Source of the DNA: a bacterium
Lineage (GTDB): Bacteria; Fibrobacterota; Fibrobacteria; UBA11236
NCBI GenBank assembly: GCA_900299345.1
Contig: OMJM01000042.1
Location: 6,298 to 70,297, forward strand
Reading direction: 5' to 3'
Length of the DNA: 64,000 nucleotides
Part shown: in pieces, positions 57,193-64,000 of the stretch
How the letters are laid out: each line of letters starts with the position of its first letter
How positions within the stretch are numbered: the first letter of the stretch is position 1
The notes under the pieces: model-generated
What the model was told of the DNA's origin: nothing
Databases searched by the model: none
Seen by the model: the letters and a program-made list of their open reading frames with translations, nothing else
Position numbers and translations under genes: made by a program

Positions 57193-58088
57193 GATTTCTG
57201 CTCCGTGTGCGCTCTGTTGGAACCGTTCCCGTTGATCTTACGGGATTTTGGAAAAAACTGCACGGAGAGCTGCATGATGGTTTCCGGCGCGGGATCTTTC
57301 TCGACGATGTCCAGTACTTCCTTGCGGAAGGCCTCAATTTTTTCCATGAGTACTTTACGCGTTCCCTCGCTCACCATGAGCAACAAGGTCGAAACATGCC
57401 GATCCGAAGAACCAAATTTAAAAGGCACCTCCGCAGACTGCAAAATCCATTCGCGATTCAGTCTTCGCACCATGGCGGAAAGTGTAGGAGGAGGCTCCAC
57501 AAATTTCTCAGTCACACGATAGCGTCCGTCTGAATCCTTGACGACCAGATGCCATTCCTCGAGATCTTCCAGATATTTGCGCACCTGCGCTGGCGCCATG
57601 GGAGGATCCAGAAATTTTCCCAGCGCCTCACAATCACCCCGGAAATCCATCGCCTCAATAGCGCACCGAACGAGGGAATAGTGGTAGTCCTGATAATATT
57701 TGACCAACGAGGGACTGAGGCGGGCGAACCGGCTGCGGTTGCGCCGCGATAGCATGTCCTGATAAAACTCCTGACGCTTTGGATCCTTTTTGCTTTGTCC
57801 GAATTGCGCCAGCAGCAGGAAAAAATCCGTTTCCGTTTCATTCAGGCCGAAGACGGGCGCCATTTTCAAGGCCTGGTTTCGGCTCAACGTGCGTTTGCCG
57901 ATGATGACGTCCAGCAAATATCCGGGGTTGGCAATTCCCGCGGCCGCCGCAAATTTGCGGTAGGAATAATCGCCTTCCTCCATCTTCTTGAATTCAAACG
58001 CGTCGCGCAAAAACAAGCGGAAGTCGTCGTATTGATAGACGTTCGGCCGCTGCATCATGTGCGGTTTACCTTCCATTTCAATCCTCAT
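57189..58088 (-). CDS. TIGR02147-like (Fibrobacter paralogous family, DUF4423) protein with N-terminal HTH
   Basis: YDDFRLFLRD, SYRKFAAAAG, VIIGKRTLS, DRHVSTL, FRKEVL, QLSVQFFP; start 58088 or 58076. Confidence 0.85.
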   Translation of the reverse strand: MRIEMEGKPHMMQRPNVYQYDDFRLFLRDAFEFKKMEEGDYSYRKFAAAAGIANPGYLLDVIIGKRTLSRNQALKMAPVFGLNETETDFFLLLAQFGQSKKDPKRQEFYQDMLSRRNRSRFARLSPSLVKYYQDYHYSLVRCAIEAMDFRGDCEALGKFLDPPMAPAQVRKYLEDLEEWHLVVKDSDGRYRVTEKFVEPPPTLSAMVRRLNREWILQSAEVPFKFGSSDRHVSTLLLMVSEGTRKVLMEKIEAFRKEVLDIVEKDPAPETIMQLSVQFFPKSRKINGNGSNRAHTEQKS

Positions 58089-58111
58089 CCCCTAATGTAC
58101 GCGATAAAGCG

Positions 58112-58133
58112 GCTCCCGGCGCGGGCCGGGAGC
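58112..58133 (-). terminator. GC-rich hairpin, possible terminator or processing site
   Basis: GCTCCCGGC-GCGG-GCCGGGAGC (9-bp stem); only a weak U-tract (CGCTTTAT) on the minus strand. Confidence 0.5.
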
Positions 58134-58160
58134 ACTCATCTCCCCCCTCTTCACCCCGGC

Positions 58161-58922
58161 TCAATCCCGCTCAGTCTCAACATCTCCCTCGATATCTTCG
58201 TGATGATGGTGCCCTCTGTCATCTTTGATGTCACAATGGGCCTTGCCACCCTCTTCGAAATCGATGTCGACCACATCCCCACCCCGCTCGGCATGAATCA
58301 TTCCCTCATTGGGCAATCCGCAGCCCAATCCCGGAACAAACGGGATCATAACGTCGCTGATGGTGGCGTTCACCGCCTCGCCGTTGATCGTGCCGGTAAT
58401 GGTGCCATTCAAGACTGCGACCCGGTTGCCGACGCTGTCAACACCCCATGTCAATGTGGTATTGAACTGGATGTCCATGCTTTTATCGTCCTTGGTTTTC
58501 ACGACATGGCGGTGATACACGATGGTCGTCGCGTCAAACGGACGAAAAGTTGTCATGTACGCGCCCGTTGAATCAAGCAGCCAAATCGTGTCCTGACGAT
58601 CCCGATCGAATTTCCCGTTCGGAGTCGTGACTTCGGAACCGCGTATAAAGCATGGCCCTGGCAAACAGGTGGTGTCCGCTTTCAAAGTGATGTGCTTGAC
58701 AACCACCTCTCCGGTGTCGGAAACCACCTCAGAAGAGACTTTGGCAAGAGGGTGCGTGTTCAACACCGTTCCCATGTTCGACGATTCCTGTACAATCAAG
58801 GCATTCCCCCCATCGGAGCTATAACCTGCCTGCTCCGATTGGGTGACACATCCTGTGAGCAAAGCGCCTGCGATAAGAGCCAAGGCCACGTATTTGATGG
58901 AAGGTGAGAGTGAAGGTTTCAT
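58161..58922 (-). CDS. Hypothetical lipoprotein with His/acid-rich tail
   Basis: Lipobox LLTG|C; ends DDRGHHHHEDIEGDVETERD. Confidence 0.75.
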   Translation of the reverse strand: MKPSLSPSIKYVALALIAGALLTGCVTQSEQAGYSSDGGNALIVQESSNMGTVLNTHPLAKVSSEVVSDTGEVVVKHITLKADTTCLPGPCFIRGSEVTTPNGKFDRDRQDTIWLLDSTGAYMTTFRPFDATTIVYHRHVVKTKDDKSMDIQFNTTLTWGVDSVGNRVAVLNGTITGTINGEAVNATISDVMIPFVPGLGCGLPNEGMIHAERGGDVVDIDFEEGGKAHCDIKDDRGHHHHEDIEGDVETERD

Positions 58923-58969
58923 GGGATTCCTGCCGGGTTAAAGGTGGTTTTTTTACGGCTTCATGAGAA

Positions 58970-59230
58970 GTCACTTATAACTTATCCGATAACAAGGATA
59001 AAAATCAAACACTTTTTTAATGTTAGATAACGGATATTTAATAAAAAACCCATTTTTATAAACAAATAATAAGAATATTTGAGACTATTTAAAATGTTAT
59101 CTAATTATTTAATAATAACAAAATACGCATTTTACAGCAAAATAAGCTTCTGATTTTATCACGTTTTTGTAACAAAAACAGTAACAATGGAAAAATTCGT
59201 GGTAAGTCAACCTTTTTCGGAGATAACGGA
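58970..59230. promoter_or_regulatory. Strongly AT-rich intergenic region with repeated GATAAC motifs and palindromes
   Basis: By eye the most AT-rich stretch in the window; GATAAC/GTTATC x4, AGATAACGGA x2, GTTTTTGT-A-ACAAAAAC. Confidence 0.6.
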
Positions 59231-59247
59231 AACGGCGGCCCGAAAAA

Positions 59248-60699
59248 TCAAGTCGACGAAAGCTTTTGGATACGGCTAAGAATCTGACTGGTGGAAAGGC
59301 CGGAGATTTTCTCCACAATGTGAATGACTCCACCATGCCGTTTGACTGTGGGAGCCTCAATGCAGTCAGAACCATATTCGGAACCGTTCACATGGACATG
59401 CGGCTTGACTTCTTCAAGAAAAGCCATCGGCGCATCTTCATCAAACACGTGGAGATAATCCACGCAACGGAGGCCCAGCAACATTCTGGCACGCTCCTCT
59501 TCAGGAATGATGGGGCGATCCTTGGATTTATAGCGCTTTACGGATGCATCACTGTTGAGGCCGACGATGAGAACATCGCCTTGTGCGCGTGCTTGTTCCA
59601 GAATGTAGAGGTGCCCGGCGTGGAGGAGATCAAAGGAGCCGTTGATTGTGACAATACGCTTCCCCTGCGCCTTCAGCATCTGCGACAAGGCCGCGAGGCG
59701 GGCGCGTTCAATTTTCCTTGACGACGTCAAATCAGATTGTAGCAGTTCCTCACGCGTTACTGTAGCCGTGCCCAGTTTGGCCACCACCACACCGGCCGCA
59801 CGATTTGCCAGTTCCACGGCATTGCGATCCGCCAACCCAGCCCCGTGCGCCAATGCAAAGGCGGCGACAACGGTATCGCCCGCACCGGACACATCGTAAA
59901 CTTCACGCGCTGCGGTGGGCATGTGAAAAAATTCACCGGTATCGCGATGGAAGAACGCAATGCCATGTGGCCCCAAGGTCAGCAATACGTGTGCCCGAAG
60001 CTTCTGGCGCAGTTCATTCCCAACGGATCGGATGTTGGATTGCGAGGCTTCCAAATCACCGGAACGCCCCAGCAAACCGAGCGACTCCTTCCAATTGGGT
60101 GTGATAAAGTCGCAATCCACGTAACGGGCCGCGTGCTGCGGCCGAGGATCAAGGACGACGGATTTCCCCGCAGCCTTGGCTTCGCGGATCAGGCTTTGAG
60201 TCAACGCGGCCGTGAGAAATCCCTTGGCGTAGTCGGAAAGCACCACCACAGAGGCTTGCGATAACTGCTTGCGAAACGCCTCCAGCACCTGATTTTCCAG
60301 CTCTTTCGTAATATCCTGCGTGTCTTCGTGGTCAATGCGCAGCAACTGCTGGCGCTGTCCCACAATCCGGGTTTTGACGATGGTCGGACGACCGTCCTGA
60401 AAGAACACGGGCGCAATCCCCATCCCCTGACAGAGCGTCTCCAAGGCCTGACCTGTGGCATCCTTTCCGCACAAGGTGAACAACACGGGCCTGCCACCCA
60501 ATGAGGCAATATTTGCCGCGGTGTTGGCCGCACCGCCCAACACCCGTTTGGTCTTGGAGGAATCCACATGCAGGATGGGAACCGGAGCCTCGGGAGACAG
60601 GCGCGAACAATCTCCGGTGACATACTCGTCCACAAAGCTGTCGCCCAGCACCAAGACAGTCAGAGAGTCAAAACGGGAAAGCGTCGCGCGAAGTTCCAT
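59248..60699 (-). CDS. hldE: Bifunctional heptose-7-phosphate kinase / heptose-1-phosphate adenylyltransferase
   Basis: RLSPEAPVP, GGAANTA, SDYAKG, DVSGAGDT, then NGSFDLLHAGH, GLNSDASV, STSQI. Confidence 0.95.
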   Translation of the reverse strand: MELRATLSRFDSLTVLVLGDSFVDEYVTGDCSRLSPEAPVPILHVDSSKTKRVLGGAANTAANIASLGGRPVLFTLCGKDATGQALETLCQGMGIAPVFFQDGRPTIVKTRIVGQRQQLLRIDHEDTQDITKELENQVLEAFRKQLSQASVVVLSDYAKGFLTAALTQSLIREAKAAGKSVVLDPRPQHAARYVDCDFITPNWKESLGLLGRSGDLEASQSNIRSVGNELRQKLRAHVLLTLGPHGIAFFHRDTGEFFHMPTAAREVYDVSGAGDTVVAAFALAHGAGLADRNAVELANRAAGVVVAKLGTATVTREELLQSDLTSSRKIERARLAALSQMLKAQGKRIVTINGSFDLLHAGHLYILEQARAQGDVLIVGLNSDASVKRYKSKDRPIIPEEERARMLLGLRCVDYLHVFDEDAPMAFLEEVKPHVHVNGSEYGSDCIEAPTVKRHGGVIHIVEKISGLSTSQILSRIQKLSST

Positions 60700-60758
60700 G
60701 GGGTGTGAAGTTATCAAATTCACCATGCTCTCCGCCACCGGAATTCTACCGTTCCACC

Positions 60759-61847
60759 GTGCATCTCGACCGCCTGACCCTTCATCATTTCCGGAACTTG
60801 CACGGACTGGAAATTCGCCCGGCGCCGGGCATCAATCTCGTGGCCGGGCCCAATGGACACGGCAAATCCAACCTGCTGGAAAGCGTTCATTACCTGTGCC
60901 TCGCACATTCCCCCCGCACCCGCAAGGACAAGGATCTCGTGGCCTGGACCGAGGGCTCCTTTGTGATCCGCGGCGAAGGCACGATTGGCGGCAGGCCGCA
61001 CGTCCAGTCTTTGGAATACGGTGAGGAAGGCTGCCGTATCAAGGTGGGAAACACCGAAAGCCGCAAGCTGGGCGATCTGTTGGGACATTTTCTGCTCGTG
61101 TCCTTCAACCCCGAGGATTTGGATATCCTGCGCGGCGGGCCGCAGGAACGGCGGCGCTTTCTCGACATTCTCCTGTGTCAGCACGACACGACAGGCATGG
61201 AACTCCTGCGCCGCTATCGGCAGGCCTTGCGGCAGCGCAACGCCGCACTGCGCCTGAATCTTCGGCCGGGAGAGGAGGATTTGCTCGCGGCCTATGAAAC
61301 AACTTTGGCGGAGGCAGGCGCGGAGATCGTGTTGAAACGACTCGAGTTACTGGCAAAACTCGCGCCGCACGCAAAGGAATTTTACGGCGAGATCGGCGAA
61401 GACAAAGAGGGGCTCACACTTGAAATGACACGTTCGTTAGGAGCCGAAAATGAGCCCCAAAAACTGCGGGAAAATTTCCTTCACAAGTTGCTGGAAAAAC
61501 GCTTTATGGACCGCGAAAATGGGCTTACTTCCGTGGGGCCTCACCGTGACGATTTGCTAGCTTTTCTCGATGAAAAAACGGTGCGGGACTTCGCTTCTCA
61601 AGGGCAAAAAAGGTCGGTCGCTTTGGCCTTGAAACTGGCTGCTGCGCGACTGCTCGAAGAGGTGTCCGGACTCCCCCCCATTCTGTTGCTGGACGACGTG
61701 TTCGCCGAGCTGGATCCCGGGCGCCGTGAGCGTTTCGGATCCCTGATTCGGAACCGTGGACAAGTGTTCATCGCTACTCCGAGACGGGAGGACGTTCCCT
61801 TCGCGGTGGATCAGTTGTTCAACATGGAGCGCGGCAGGACGTCTTGA
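60759..61847 (+). CDS. recF: DNA replication and repair protein RecF
   Basis: FRNL, GPNGHGKSNLLES, RRRFLD, QRNAAL, GPHRDDL, SQGQ, LLLDDVFAELD; GTG start. Confidence 0.95.
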   Translation: MHLDRLTLHHFRNLHGLEIRPAPGINLVAGPNGHGKSNLLESVHYLCLAHSPRTRKDKDLVAWTEGSFVIRGEGTIGGRPHVQSLEYGEEGCRIKVGNTESRKLGDLLGHFLLVSFNPEDLDILRGGPQERRRFLDILLCQHDTTGMELLRRYRQALRQRNAALRLNLRPGEEDLLAAYETTLAEAGAEIVLKRLELLAKLAPHAKEFYGEIGEDKEGLTLEMTRSLGAENEPQKLRENFLHKLLEKRFMDRENGLTSVGPHRDDLLAFLDEKTVRDFASQGQKRSVALALKLAAARLLEEVSGLPPILLLDDVFAELDPGRRERFGSLIRNRGQVFIATPRREDVPFAVDQLFNMERGRTS

Positions 61848-61849
61848 CC

Positions 61850-62143
61850 ATGGCCAAGGCAAAGCAGCCCGAGGCCATACAAGGCCTGCTCCAGCAGACG
61901 CTGAAAGCCAGTGGACTCGGCCATCTATTGCACGAGTCCCGGCTGAGGGAGCGGTGGAAGGAATTGATGGGCGAGCGCGCCGCGAAGATCGCGGAGATGG
62001 AATCGCTCAAGGATGGCCAACTACATATCCGCGTGTCGGATTCAGTATGGCGGCAAGAGTTGATGTTTCAGAGGGAAGCGCTGCGCCGCAAGGCGAACGA
62101 CATTCTGGGTTCGTCCGTGGTGAAAGAAATTCGGTTACGGTAG
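61850..62143 (+). CDS. DUF721 / DciA-family protein
   Basis: WKELMG, GQLHIRVSDSVWRQEL, VKEIRL; typical recF-DUF721-gyrB position. Confidence 0.85.
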   Translation: MAKAKQPEAIQGLLQQTLKASGLGHLLHESRLRERWKELMGERAAKIAEMESLKDGQLHIRVSDSVWRQELMFQREALRRKANDILGSSVVKEIRLR

Positions 62144-62150
62144 ACGTTTC

Positions 62151-64000
<1,850 letters not shown>

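Noticed and set aside
58970-59230. Firm oriC call
   Set aside because: No canonical DnaA boxes and no adjacent dnaA; kept only as an alternative hypothesis

Overview
64 kb of chromosome from a GC-rich Gram-negative bacterium, inferred to be Fibrobacterota (FCB group) from a TIGR02147-like gene, a C-terminal ...FGYxR sorting domain and T9SS-type tails. The backbone is housekeeping: uppP, thiL, pgi, rsmE, lpxB, lpxK, def, yajC, valS, hldE, recF-DUF721-gyrB, three tRNAs, an RND efflux operon and peptide ABC ATPases. Scattered among these are surface-glycan genes (DprE1/DprE2/UbiA-type arabinose-donor trio, AsnB-like amidotransferase, Wzx, GT4 x2, GT9, FkbM). I saw no prophage, IS, rRNA or CRISPR array. 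Best candidates for undescribed biology: (1) a phage-free GH108 muramidase-3TM holin-DCC1 operon (possible holin/muramidase secretion); (2) a 10 kb block of separately secreted ThuA-like and GSDH-like proteins with two paralogous unknown outer-membrane barrels and a 4-His membrane enzyme-TPR fusion; (3) a lipoprotein-TIGR02147-lipoprotein module behind a very AT-rich, motif-rich region; (4) lpxK-porZ linkage. Other signals are a Gln at +1 in five secreted proteins, leaderless-start signatures, a REP doublet before gyrB and an orphan tRNA-Ile/Ala pair. All family calls come from motif recognition by eye; no database searches were run.
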